Positions 47,536-60,640 of a stretch of DNA of 64,000 bases are shown one piece after another. The DNA is from Harriotta raleighana (lineage: Eukaryota): contig JBNZDD010013632.1 of NCBI GenBank assembly GCA_050575255.1, positions 2,240,480 through 2,304,479 of the forward strand, written 5' to 3'. Under the pieces are notes generated by a model. The model had not been told where the DNA came from. It did no database searches and saw only the letters and a program-made list of their open reading frames with translations. Both the position numbers and the translations under genes were made by a program. The stretch's first letter is position 1; each line of letters opens with the position of its first letter.

Positions 47536-50500
47536 AATCATTGGAGGGCAATGAACAGATTCACTGGTCCCTGCCCCATTACATTCCCAGACCTGTGATC
47601 AGTTATTGGTGATAATAATTTGCTGGTTTGGACAGGTCACCATTCAATCGTTTGCAATGTATTGCTGCCAAAGATTTGCTCCCAACTACCAACCTACATG
47701 GATCATTGAAACTATGATTAAGGTAAATTAACTTCAAAACTGGGTGGTGGGGGAAGGTAGAATGTTGGTATAGATAGAACATAGGAAAATAAATCTAAAC
47801 TAAGAATATTGAGAAAATGCAGGAAACATTGACATGAATGAGTGCAAATAATTTTGTTTCAAATCATGTGAGTTAGTATATATTAATAAAGCTGCCGTTT
47901 GACTAACCCTGCTGACATTGCACAAAACTTCTCCATGGACTGGTATCGAAGGTTTTACCTTTCATTGGGGTAGGAAGGGGCTTGCTTACCATGTGAAAAC
48001 ACAATCTGGTTTCACCCCCACCCCCCTCTACACACATACATTTTTTATGCTTTTGCTGCTGAAAATAAGAGGGCAATGAATGGGTGTAAAAATCACACAA
48101 AACAGATGTGAAGCTTGAGTTAAAGGAGAGGAGGCAACCACTCGGATTAGTTGGTCCATTTCCAATTCATTTTTATTGGTGAGAATACAACAAACTTGTT
48201 TATTTTTAATAACTGGATAGCCCGAGGCAGCTCAAAAGCTCAAATTGCTGTTTGTACACGGTCAGAATAAAATACTAAATATCATTCAGTTGCATTTCAG
48301 TCTCTTGTGTTAAATCAGATTCAGATGCTGTTACGAGTTCTCTTTGATTACTTGTGGGGGTGGGTGGTAAATAAACCAACGTGTTGTTTCTATGGATGAA
48401 TGGCTGGTGTACTCTGCACAGTAAGAAAGGCTCTTCCCATTTCGACACTAGATTAATAAAATACATCTTATCACTGCAAAGGCTAACTTTTCTGCTTCTC
48501 ATCGGAACTTTAAGAAAGCCCATGGAAAAGTATGTTTTTTTATGCATATATCTATATATATCCTAATAAACACATTAAATGTACTTTGCCCAGTTTTAAA
48601 TAAACCACCTTTAAAAAAAAAATCTGATGTGTCTCTACCGCAAACCTTGTATTGTTTTCAATGCTTATGCAGTGAAAGTAATGTTATTTCAAAGCAGCTT
48701 TTAGAGGTCATTGGGAGAGTTAGTTAAGTGCATTCAGTTGGCGATTGCAGCCCCCCTCATTAATTGGTGGTGTCACACTATTCCAAAGGAAATGCTTGTG
48801 ATTTGCATCAGGCCAAATCAGATTCAGGTGTAGCTATTTTCTACATTGCCAGTTGATCAGTCTTGTGAGAAAAAATGTGTAATAAACACTTGAAGAGATG
48901 TCATGAACTGAAATTATTCATTTTGTCAGTTTTAATCTGAAAAGTTATATTCGTAAACCTTTGGGCATTATAAACTGAGTGAAGATATCTTCAGTTTGTT
49001 TTACATTAAGGGCTGTCAGAGAAGCTTGAAGTAAGAAACACTGTGTGTTTACAGCATTCTGCAATTCCTTTAATTTGCTGGCAAAAGTGGGTGGGTGGGG
49101 GATAAATCACAAAATACTGGCCTGTGATTCAGGTAGGAAACCTTTACATAAAAACGACAGGGTCTCTTAGATTTCTCCTGCGTATATTGAAAGAAAACAT
49201 CTGCTGGTACCTTTAGAAAAAAAATACATTTATTAGCACTGAGGGGTATTCTGTGCAAATTGTTGCTTCACAACTTTAAAAGCCAGTGTGAAGTGCAGAG
49301 AACTAACCAGCATCTGGCCAGTAGGTGTAAGATTGCAATGACTATTACTAGTAAAACATCATTGTTGCCAGATACTCTTAAATTCTCTCTTCATTTCCTT
49401 TCTCTAAATATGATCCACATTTGGGTTGTTTTTTTGTTTCCACTTTCAACTTCAACACTAATGAATCCAAACAATTTTTTTTAAATTTGGGTTTTCCAAT
49501 TTACTTTTTCCAAGCAAAAAAAAGCATTACACTACCAATGTTAAAATATTCAAAATACAATAACTGTTACATTAAAGGAAATAACTAGTCATAAACTGTA
49601 CCGGATTCAAATGTTACATTTTTACTCAGTTGAGGACTGTTGTACATCATTTAGTTGATAAATGTCTCACAAGATACTGAGAGATGATTGCTTTTGTCTC
49701 ATAACCTCATCTCTATGCTATCCACATACTTTTTTCCTTTTTCTCTTAAACCCCACCACCAACACCCCTTACCTGGTCCTGACTTCTTGTTATATGACCC
49801 CAGCGAAAGTTATTGTGAAAAGCCATAAAATCCAAAGATAATGGTTATTGGAAATTGTGGTGAGGCACAAGTAAGAAATATTTCTGATGTGTGCTAGAAA
49901 CACTGAGCATCCCAAACTGAGAAGGAAATGTTCAAGCTGTGATGTTGGTTAATTCATAATGCTTGTGGTTTCAGGGGCTGAATGAGACAAGAGTATCAGT
50001 GATGATCATCTATGCAATCTGCTTGTCCATCACAATGAGTCCCCTCACTCTTGGACGCAGAGATCCTCGAGCTCTGAATGTTGGCATATGAGGGAAGCAC
50101 ATGGCCAAGAGACTGAAGAACAGCCATGTTTGTGCACATTGTATATAGCAGAGAAAGCGAGTCTGTAACAATTGTGTAGCCCAGTGTAATTGTTGCAATT
50201 TCAGTTCAAATAACAACCATAAATCGCACACAAAAAAAATCTATGGCACTTTAAATTATTTCACTCAAAAATTGAATAAATTCCTGCCATTAAATAAATA
50301 TGTAGATTATGTGTAGGTTCAAAGATAGCTCTTGTGTAGCCCTTTGTAGTACTGGGACTCTGATCATTTCTTTCAAAGTTGTGATGGTCTACAGAAACTG
50401 AACATTTTAATAAGATGACCTTTTCATTCAGCTAGTGCTCGAACATTTTGCTGAATAAGGTCTGTTCAATAAAACAGTTATTAATGGAGACAGATATCTG

Positions 50501-52690
50501 ATCTAATCTCCACTTGTGCATGCACCATCTGCCACCACTTTCCATGTTTGAACATCATGAAGAAACATATTTAAAATACAGTAGCTCTTACCATTAATAA
50601 TTCCTCTTGCAAATAAAGGATCTCCTTCGCCCTTGTATAGATTCTGGCTTTCTATTACCTGAGTAGGGTTTAATTGTTGGAAGGGAAAAGGGAACCTCAA
50701 TCCCATTTGGGCAGTTTAGTGGGGCGAAGGGGTCATTCGATGGTAAAATTTGGAACAAATGAATATTTTACATGCCCAAATGCAAATCTCTATAGTTATT
50801 TACATATGAAGCAAACTGTCCTAACATCTGATGGATGTATGTACAAGATCCTCGCTCCAAGTCGCCAAGTTGGTATCCTCCAGATAAGTTTGTTTTCTGT
50901 GAAATCACTCTCGGCTTTTGTTCATGGTGCTGGTGCTTGAAGTCTTTTGTGACAAACCAACAAGATGAGTATTACCTCCACAAATAGAACCTCCCTGTTC
51001 TTTCAGCAGATCTGCCAGTGCAAACTGATCACAAAAAACCCCCCACCAAGTCCTGCAGTGTGAAATGTAATTGAAACATGAGCCTCTTTTGTGATATTCA
51101 TTTAAAATTTCTGCAACAATTTTGTCCCCTCCCTCAAAGCAAGTACTGGATTTTTTCCAGATTTAATTCTCTTTATGGGTGAGAAAGGGAGTGAAACTTT
51201 TCTGTTTCTCCAGCTGTACACACATCCATAAATCATTAATAAGGCAGTTAACTGAAGCAAAAATATAAATGATCTACATTACCCAACAGCACACTATCTT
51301 AATTTACTTCCAGTTATTTACAATTCATTTCTCCATTTAAAGTGATGATTACATTAGAACACGTTCCTTTTCTGACCGGATGCAGACAGAAGCCATTTAC
51401 CACAGTGCAGCATTAAGTATTTGAGTTGCTTGTGTACGTTTTAACAATGCCTGCAGGTGATATGCAGTGAGTTTGTGGTATTTTTATTCCACTACAAAGC
51501 TATAAACTTAATAATTAACATCAGCACCATTTTTTTTTACTGTCAATCCAATTTGAACAGCAGGGGATAACGTTTCGGGAACAATTTTGCAAGGACAAAA
51601 GACAAACTGAAATTTCTATTAACATCATAGTTTACTATTTAACATTCCTGTTCTTTTTTGCTCAGTATTTGAGCTTTCAACTAAATAGTTTAAAATGAGA
51701 GCATGGTAGAGAATACAAGCAACTAACCATTAAAAAGATTTCATTTCCCAACATTCTACTGCATATATTTTACTTTTTTTTCCCCCCACCCAATACTTGA
51801 GCTGAGTGTAAAAGATGTTAATGTTGAATCCACCCTTTTCGCGTAGATGGCTCAAAAACTGAAGGAGGTTGTCTTTCTGCAAAGCATTCGGTTATTTTTT
51901 TTCCGTCCTCCTCTTTGCGTTTAAAAGGTCCTTAAAGTAGACCGGCTTGTACAGAGAAAGTTTTTTTATTAATTTACAACGAACATATTTTGTTTGCAGA
52001 ATTCCTTCAGCCATTACAAAGTGTTCCTTAGTTGTCGTCTTGATGCCAATTAAGTCACCAGCCCTAGAACAACTGTCTTGTGCTGTAAATTCACTGTGAG
52101 TCTGTAATTTCAGTCAGCAATCTGAATTGGCCCTTCAGATGGGTTTTGAAATAGGATGACACACTTTTTCCTTAACCAACAGAGCACATAATCTTGTAAT
52201 ATTCATGGTCTGATGCAGCAAACTTGTTTATAAAAAAAGTATCATGTTTCTTTGCTACATTTTGGCAATATTACCCACAGCCCAGGTGTGGCTGCAGCGT
52301 TGATCTATCACATTAGGAGTAGATCTGAAATTGTTTTCTTGTTTTCCTTGTAAGTTATTGGTTCTGGAGGTAAAGCAGGCAACTGAGGCTGCTTCATAGG
52401 GAAGTGGCTTCAAGTACATACTGTACCTAGTCCTGATTTCACTGGAGTGTGGAAGTGTTTTCAGTACATGGTTCAGTCAGTAAAAATGGCCTCTTCTCAG
52501 TACATGATGGATGTCTTCATGTATGGTCTATCTATAAAAGAGCAGAAATGGTTAGGATGCTTTGTTTAAAAAAAACATAAGATTATTTAAATCTGAAATG
52601 CAAAAAGAGAAAAATGAGAAAATAACATTCAAATCTTGCTTTGAAGACAGCACTTTGAAGATAGTATTTTTGAGACACTATTAGCTGCAT

Positions 52691-52747
52691 TAAATTTCTA
52701 TCCATCCAAGCTGTAAGTGTGAAGAGCTTTGACTATTTAGGTTGTGA
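52691..52747 (+). repeat. 57-bp dispersed direct repeat, copy 1
   Basis: 54/57 identical to 54367-54423. Confidence 0.9.
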
Positions 52748-54366
52748 TTTTATTTAGATGGTGGTTTTATCCCCTTCACACATTCGGCATCCACACAATG
52801 TACTATCCTAAGCACCTGTTAGGATTTGTTTATTTTCAAAGGTTTGACCTAAAATGTAGGAAACGAGGAGGAAATTAAAGACATGTTATTTCACCCACTA
52901 TCTAACTATTCCTGGCAACTAGTATTCTCCGTACTTTATGTTATTTTGTGCTTCCATTTTGTTCAGAATCCTAGTTCCCAGCTTAAACCTTCTCTGCACT
53001 CACTGATGCCGGTTTCAATTTTCAGTGCCTCTCAATGTATTTTCATAGCAAGATGCTGATCCTTTTTATCCTTCAAACAGAGTACTTGATAAGACACATG
53101 AGGCTATGCAGCTGGACTCAAAGAAATGCCGACAGCAAAGCAGGTTTGTCAATAACCAGATGGGTCAAGATAATTTTTTAATATAAATGTACTATTTGTA
53201 ATATAAGCTGACTTTCATCAGATTTCCAGCTTGTATCTCACTAGTGCTCCACATGCTAATCTATGTCTATATGCTTTTTCTTTTCCAATATGTTTTTTGC
53301 AAAGATGAGATTCATGTTTTTGGCCTGCCTGTCCACAGAACATACTGGAGATACTGAACTCTGTGCTAAAGATAATAGGGTGAGAAATTCCTTTTGCCAT
53401 AAATTGTTGTGACTTATGACAATGCGTTTTTATAAAATGTATTTGTTTAAATGGAAAACCATTTCCTCTCACTCAACAGAATGGTGACTAAAATCATTTT
53501 GTTGCAAATAAAATTGATTTAAGTTTATTTTTTACAACATCTGTTTATTTCAATGTGCATCTTTTGTAATCTGTTTGTGCAGCATTCCTTCCCAGTTATG
53601 TTAAGATGTCTGCAAACTAAAGAATGTGCACCTTTTATTTATAGACGCCTCCCTTCTTTGCTGAGTGCTAGATTTCTTTTGTACAATTTGATATTATAAA
53701 GTTTCAGTGAGTCACGAGCAGCGTCTTTCAACACAATATTTGAAAGTAAGTAAAAACAGTCGCCACATAGACAAAGCGTGCTGATGATTCATTCTGAAGC
53801 CACTTGCTTGGTTCATTAAGAACAGGAAAGTGCTAATTACGGGCTGAGTGCTTAAAGTTTAAGTAGGTTAGTGGTTTAGAGTCCAAAAAGATGATCTAAT
53901 GTGAATGGACAGGAAGGATGTAAACAAGAATAGCAGTTGGGAATGGGAATTCTCCAGAGTATGAATAAGCTTGAGAATTTTATAGTGAGACCTATACCCT
54001 ATCTTTGGAAAAGAAAACTATATTTACACTCTCTATGCACCCGGACCAGTCCCTGTGACCTTATCTTCATATGCACAAGAATGTGTGAACTCTTACCCTA
54101 TGAAGATTATATTATCTTAGATTTATCTTTGGCTTAGAACCTTTCCTTAAATAAACCTAGATTCCCTTGAGGTGAACAGGAAAATAGTTGAAACGTAAAT
54201 CCACATCTGGATTTACTGCTCCGACTGCTACTCTTCCACCTCCAGTCGGCCATCCACGCACCTCCCACCTCCTACAAAAAAAAAATTTGTAAAATTACCA
54301 CTGGAAAATACTGTTAAAGATGTTGATCTTGCACCTCTGGGCATGGGTTTAAACCAAAGCAGATGC

Positions 54367-54423
54367 TAAATCTCTATCCATCCAAGCTTTAAGCGTGAAG
54401 AGCTTTGACTATTTAGGTTGTGA
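54367..54423 (+). repeat. 57-bp dispersed direct repeat, copy 2
   Basis: 54/57 identical to 52691-52747. Confidence 0.9.
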
Positions 54424-55446
54424 AATGCAATGGGACCTATATTTTGTCATCCCTTTCACGAAAGCCATTCAATTGTAATTTTCTGACTGTGTGTTTGGGA
54501 TTGCTCAGTTTATTTCTTTTAAATCCACTAATTACCATGGTGTTTTCAGATCATTTCTAAGGTTTTTTTAAAAGAAATAAATATGTGCAAAAAATATGTG
54601 ACTGCAAACTTCTCGAGTTTTCCACCATTTGCCATAAAAGCATGTGAAGACTAAAATCAGGTAACAAACTGTTGTGCTGTGTACTAAATGCTTTAATTGA
54701 TTAAAATAACTAATGTAACACTCTGACAGTTCAGCTGTGTTGCTGCTGACTCCACAAGCAGAAGAAAAGAACTCTCCAGAGATAAACAGAATGGAAAAGC
54801 AGGAGTCTACTCAGCACAGTTCAGAAAAAAGACGTAACTACAGCTAATGCTTTCAGACAATTGCAGGAGATTTCGTAACGTTTTGGGGAACAAAAGGAGC
54901 ATTGTCCAAAATTTCCCACAATTGTTTAGAAGCAAGGATGCTACCAAATAAGGCTAAATATCCTTAACATTGTGATATTTTGCCTTAACTACATTGCCAA
55001 CCATGATATAATGAGCGTTTGCAATATGTTTAACTCATCATCATTCATCACTGCATCTCCCTAAGTGGCTTGATTCTATCAATTTTACAGATAATTGTAG
55101 GGTTTTTTTTACTGTGTAAACTGTGCTGGTAAGTATCAATATTTTTATCTAGAGAGTAATCGACTGTTTCACTCAGGCTCTGGTGGTGAATGCATCTTAT
55201 CTATTTGATTAAATATATATCTGTGCTTTTGGTTGAATTGTAGATTTTTTTTCTTCTGGAAACAGTACCATCTGGTGTAGCCTGATTTCATGAGGCTGGC
55301 ATTGGGAACCATCCAACCCATAAAGCTATCAAGCCAGTAGGAAATTCATAGCCCACTCGATTACTTTGAATACAAAAATGTACCATATGTGGTACAGCAG
55401 AAAGCCTGTTACCCCTAACTAGATGTCCTCTGACATAATACAGTAA

Positions 55447-55737
55447 ACTACAACAACGACTTGCATTTTTATAGCGTGCTTTGTGTAGTGTAAAGTCTTC
55501 GAACACTTCACGGTGGTGGAGACTGATGCTGAGCCAATGGGAGGGAGTAAGCAAGGGCAAAGCGGAAGGTCTTCGTGGATGATGTGAAAAGGGGTAAGGA
55601 GAGGGTAGGGCACAGGGATTGAGGGAGAAATATTTCAGGGCAAAGTGCCTGAAAGTATAACTCCCTAAGATGGAGGTGAGCGGACAACAGACAAGCAGGG
55701 GTACTGGATCGAACAGAGTGGAGGCTGCAGGTGTTAA
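55447..55737 (-). mobile_element. Old L2 LINE, 3' part
   Basis: Tail acaacaacaacgacttgcatttttatagcgtg, then gtcttcgtggatgatgtgaaaaggggtaagggag..gggagaaatatttcag, resembling the antisense of the L2 ORF2 end. Confidence 0.65.
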
Positions 55738-56252
55738 GAGTGGAGAATCAGCACTCCGGTCTCCCCAGCTCCACTATCCCAAAAATCCAGCTGATTCAGA
55801 ACTCTGCGACTGGCATACTGACCTGGACCAAACACTGAACCCACATCACATTGGTTCTGGACAGGCCTTATTGGCTCCCCATCATCGAATGGATCGACTT
55901 TAAGATTCTCAAATTTGTGTTCAAATCCATTCATTCCTTGGCATCTCTCTGATCTCCTCACTCCCCAATCCACCAACTGCCACCTCCACTCAACTGGCAC
56001 CGGACTCCTGTTCGTCACTCACACCCTCCACTGGAGGTCACATTTTCAGCCACTACACCCTCAAACTCCAGAACACTCTCTCTCAATCGCTGCGCCTTGC
56101 CGACTCTTTCCCCCTTCTCAAGTTCTGCCTGAAAATCTTCCTCTTTGACCATGCTTACGGCCACTTCCCCCCAACCACCCCTGGGCTCAGAGTCAGGCTC
56201 CACCACTGATAAGCACTCTGAGATGCCACCCAGCATGGAGTGCAAGTTGTTA
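55738..56252 (+). mobile_element. L2 LINE 3' fragment inserted in opposite orientation
   Basis: Frameshifted L2 ORF2-end peptides (KIQLIQNSA, PHHIG..LAPHHRMDRL/FKIL, STGTGLLFV, LKIFLFDHAY) and tail aagcactctgagatgccacccagcatggagtgc..aagttgtt. Confidence 0.75.
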
Positions 56253-56273
56253 ACATGGGAGTGTTATTGTTAA

Positions 56274-56585
56274 CAGGATGGAGAGAAAGGAAGGTGCCAG
56301 GACAAAAGGGGACTTGTGAACAAGTGTGAGTATTTTGAAGCTGCTCTGTGACAGGGAGCCAGCAAAGTCAGCACTGGTGTGATGAGGGTATAGAGTTTAG
56401 AGGGGCTGAGTAAACGGCTGATGGAATTCTAGATAAATTGGGATTTGATCGATAGTAGAGTTGGGGAAACTGGCGAGGATGAGGCTCTCCTTGCATTGGA
56501 ATAATCAAGGCGGGAGGAGACAAAGTGTGGAGGAGGGTCTCGGCTGCATTGGGTGTGAGGTACGGTTGATAGATTCGTATTGGAC
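56274..56585 (-). mobile_element. Old L2 LINE, continuation of 55447-55737
   Basis: Minus-strand peptides RIYQPYLTPNAAETLLH and FVSSRLDYSNA..SSPVSPTLLSIKSQFI, matching L2 RPYLT..AAETLIHAFVTSRLDYSN. Confidence 0.75.
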
Positions 56586-56903
56586 AATTTACTTCCGTTG
56601 GCCAGTCTATCATTTCCAAAGCCATTAGGCATCCAATTGCCCAAAGCCTCATTATCATCATTTGATATAAAACTTTAATATAATAGAACTTTGTAATGAT
56701 TGTCTTATAAGCATTTTTCTTTCGATCATTGATTATATTTTTACTTATAGAAATGATAAACTTCTCAAGCACTCAGATTTACAGTTATATTTCAACTTGT
56801 ATTTCACTTGTACAACTTGCACAAGATGTTGTGGCAAAAATTATACTCTAAAATCTTGTCATTTGTGCTTTTTTACTACAGATTTTTCTTGACTACCAGG
56901 CAT

Positions 56904-56956
56904 CAAGATACCAAAGATCTTGAATTAGATACCAAGATACCAAAGGTATTGAATTA
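56904..56956 (+). repeat. Tandem duplication, 29-bp period
   Basis: caagataccaaagatcttgaattagatac caagataccaaaggtattgaatta. Confidence 0.75.
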
Positions 56957-57635
56957 TCGAACCAGGATATATCCCAAATGAATTGTGTTTTGGACGAGGT
57001 TTATTGATACACCCAAGACTGTCATTTTATCTTTTTACCAATAAATTGCTATTGTTTATTTAAAGATGTAATCTACATGTTAATTATCCAAATGTATCTG
57101 AGCTGTCCAGTCCCATAGTCATGCGGTAAAGACATGTTGGGACAGCCAGAAATCTGAGGGGTAGAAGTGGTCTCTTGTTTAAAACGAATCAATGAGGGCA
57201 AGCACTTTGCGTGCAAACTGACGCAGATATTCCTGAACCGAGATTGAAGCTATTTAAAGGGTAAATTGCCTGTGGCAGACAATCCCATTGATTCTATGTC
57301 CAATTGTGCATAATACAATAATAGTTTTGATATTGGGATCAATTTCCTTATTTCTGAATATACTTTGGTAGTTTTCTTCAGTCTGAAACCTTTTGTTATC
57401 ACAAACAGGAATGGAGCTCATGGAATAATGGAAAATTGTGATGATTTAATTCAGGCTGCTGTACATCTCCCTCTCCACCACCAACCATTTGCAAGCAAGT
57501 TTTCAGCCACTTTACCCGATACTGGGAAACCCCTCCCAATCAAAACCCCTTTGATTTAAAATCTTTTTTTTATGGGATAGAAAAAGATTTCTTCTTTAAT
57601 TATGCCTTTGGTCGTGCCCTTTCCCAAACACACAA

Positions 57636-57689
57636 GCACATGCGCGCGCACGTGCACACACACACACACACATACACACACACGTATGC
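57636..57689. repeat. Alternating purine-pyrimidine tract, (CG)n/(CA)n
   Basis: gcacatgcgcgcgcacgtg(ca)n..cacgtatgc, 54 nt of uninterrupted RY alternation. Confidence 0.9.
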
Positions 57690-59604
57690 TCACACCATCA
57701 TCTCCCAATCCATGTGATAATGTGAGACATTATCTGACATGAAAGATCCAGAACTTTGTTGATGTTGTATCACATTGTCTATCTCTTATTGGGCGGTTAC
57801 CAAAAATTTCAGTTTTGGATTTGTTGAGTACTATTGATGTCCTCCTACATTACAAGTCCTCCTAAATTACAAGTGTATTTTTTGTTGTTGTTGTTGCCAA
57901 ATATGTTTAATGAGATTGTATGAATTGTGTTTTAAAGGGTCATTTAATATTTTGGTTGGTTCAGATTGCGGGGTGGGGTGGGGGGGGCGGTGGAGGAAGA
58001 AGATTGGGTATGTCACTGTTCTCTTTGATAAATACATCAATCATTTTCTCTTTGGTTTTCCTTCCCTGTGAGCTGTATAAAAATGTTGCAATGAGAGGTT
58101 ATTTTAGGGAAGGTGTAAAGTTCATTATTAGAGGCAGCTATAACCAAGGTTATTTGGAAGGATTGGCATTTGGAAAAACAAATCAAGGATTTAAAACCTG
58201 TTAAGTGCAATTAAAATATCAATATGAAAAAACAGAGTGTAAATGTACTAGGAACTATACATTGAAATAAACAGAAATTAGAAAAGTTTTTTTAAAATCT
58301 AAATATTCCCTTCCTCCCAAGAATTGTGAAAGAAAAGCATATTCAGCAGCACTGTCTCTCCAGAGAATAGGAGAAAGAGGTCAATGTATGGTCATAGAAA
58401 GAGTCTAGAGATTTTATTGAGCTTTTTTACCTTTTGACCTACACATGGGGGGCAAACGCTTCATATTACAGTGCATTGCTCAGTACAATTTAACTGTCGG
58501 ATTGTATTGTTCACAACATGGATTTTCTTTAATACAATTGATATTGTGACAACTGCACTCATAATATTTTGAACTCCCAAGTTCTTTTACTGAGATCCAA
58601 CATAGAACAAATACTGGTACAACATTTCATAACTGAAGACGAGATTTAAAGTGTCTGATGTATTATTTTCATTGATAACATGGGGGGAGGGAGTGGGAGA
58701 GAGGAATCCTTGTGGTGCTACATTTTACACCCATTGTTATTGTTATGATTTTTAAAAATAAATATAACCACACGATATGCACAGATTGGACCAATAAATG
58801 CTGATCACAGTAAATGTGGTGTTCTAGTTTATAAAATGTGCCACATATTTTAACCAGGACAGCTATTTGTTTTCCCTCCCTAATGTACAGAAGAAAGATT
58901 CTACCTTTAAAGTGTAAAAGACAATTCATCTTTCTCATTTTGAACATTGCTTGCTTCGCACATAAGATCAGAGTTGCTTCAGAATCCAGCAAGTACAATA
59001 TGTAGGTTATTGAATACTAAGTACAAATGTTCTTGGGAGAGTCTCAAATAAGCTGATCAACATTCTCTCTGCATCTGTACTTAGTCAATAAAATAATGTT
59101 CAGCACTTTTTATTTGCTACTATGCGTACAAATTAATTTAGGAAACAGTGTTGATATAATGTGCAGCTGGGGATTTGAGAGCAGCTTTTAGCTTTGTTCC
59201 AGAAATGTAGTCAGCTCCAACAAAGGTAATCAAAATTAATGAAATCAGTCGTCAGTGCCAACCCAGCAAAATTCTAAAGTTTGACAGAAGAGTAAAGAGA
59301 AATAATTAGATTTCTATGGTATAATGGACGTTAAGGAGAAACCTTCTGCGGTCAGCTACTGTCAATACAGTTACAGTGCCTAAAGCATTTGCAACTGAGC
59401 TTGAAATGTGTGTCTTGCATCACTCAGCAAAATATGTGAGACTGATAATTTGAAATGACTTTGTATCTTGTAAGGAAAACAATTTTTCTAAACCCATCGC
59501 ATCAGATTAACCACTTTGCTCTGGAGGCCCTTGGAATTTCATTACATCTACATTTTTGTTCCTTTTACTGCCTTTAATCTCCTGATTTCAGCTTTTTGTC
59601 TTTC

Positions 59605-59676
59605 TCCCAAGGCAACACCTTGGGATGTCCTCCTGAAAGGCACTATACAAGTATAATTTTGTTGTATTTTGTTGAT
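59605..59676 (+). mobile_element. L2-type 3' tail fragment
   Basis: caccttgggatgtcctcctgaaaggcactatacaagtataattttgttgtatttttgttg. Confidence 0.6.
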
Positions 59677-60454
59677 GTCTTCCTGAATGAGCCATTCAGC
59701 ACCAAGCAATCTTCTTGCAGATTGGTACAATCTGGGTTATGAACCTTCACGCAACAATTGCTTTGTGATCCCAGAAGGTGATGTGCCCATAGATATACAG
59801 TTCATGTCTACATTTCCAACAATGTGCTTCAACTATGCAATGCATAGAATTTATTTTGTAACTGAGAATGCTGACCCACTCTTTTTGTGTTATGGAATTT
59901 TCTGTTGTAATGTTTGCAACAAGAAGGGAACATTGGGGCCTAAACTTCCTATGAGAGTATTGGCAGTGTTATGAGGATAGAATTTGTGTATAATTGATCG
60001 TACTTATTACGAAAGTATTTTATATATGTGAATGGCCTGGAATCATCATGAAAGATTCGGTAGTGGATGATTGTAAATGTAGTTCACAGGGCTTTCAGTC
60101 GCTCTCCCATCTGCCATGGAACATGACTGCCAAGTGAAGAAGAATGCAGCATAAACTTCCCTCAAACACATTAGTTTTGTCCTGACGTTTTCCTCTCAAG
60201 ATTGTTTCTCTCCCCTTCTCTATTTCCTTCCTTTCTTGCTTCTGCACTTGTGTCTCCCATTCCTCTCTTTTTGCCTCCACTGTTCTTACCTGTCTTCCCC
60301 TTTGTTCTCTAGGTTTTTGAGAGCTTGCCAGGAGCAGACTGCACATTGGCAACAAAACGATTGTCGAAATTCTTTGAGAATCTCTGTTGCCTCAAAATAT
60401 TTAGCAGTTCACACGAAGCCTGGAAAATGCTGTTGTTAAAGCTATCCAGGGAAT

Positions 60455-60640
60455 TGAGACAGAATCCTTTTAAAGGGAATTAGAATAGATGCGTGAGAAA
60501 GACGAATATTATTATAGGATGTGAGGGGCAGGAATCTAGGGGCTGAGTGAGATTGGACTGGGTGGCTCAAGTGGAGAAAAACACCAGGGCAGATTTGATG
60601 CACTGAATGGCCTATTTCTGTGCTTAATGTTCTATTATTA
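60455..60640 (+). mobile_element. CR1 LINE 3' end
   Basis: tttaaagggaattagaatagatgcg..ggatgtgaggggcagg..gctcaagtggagaaaaacaccagggcagatttgatgcactgaatggcctatttctgtgct..ttctat. Confidence 0.75.

Noticed and set aside
53945-54170. Stretch with a CR1-like look
   Set aside because: I could not align it to CR1 in either valid orientation, so it is left unannotated.
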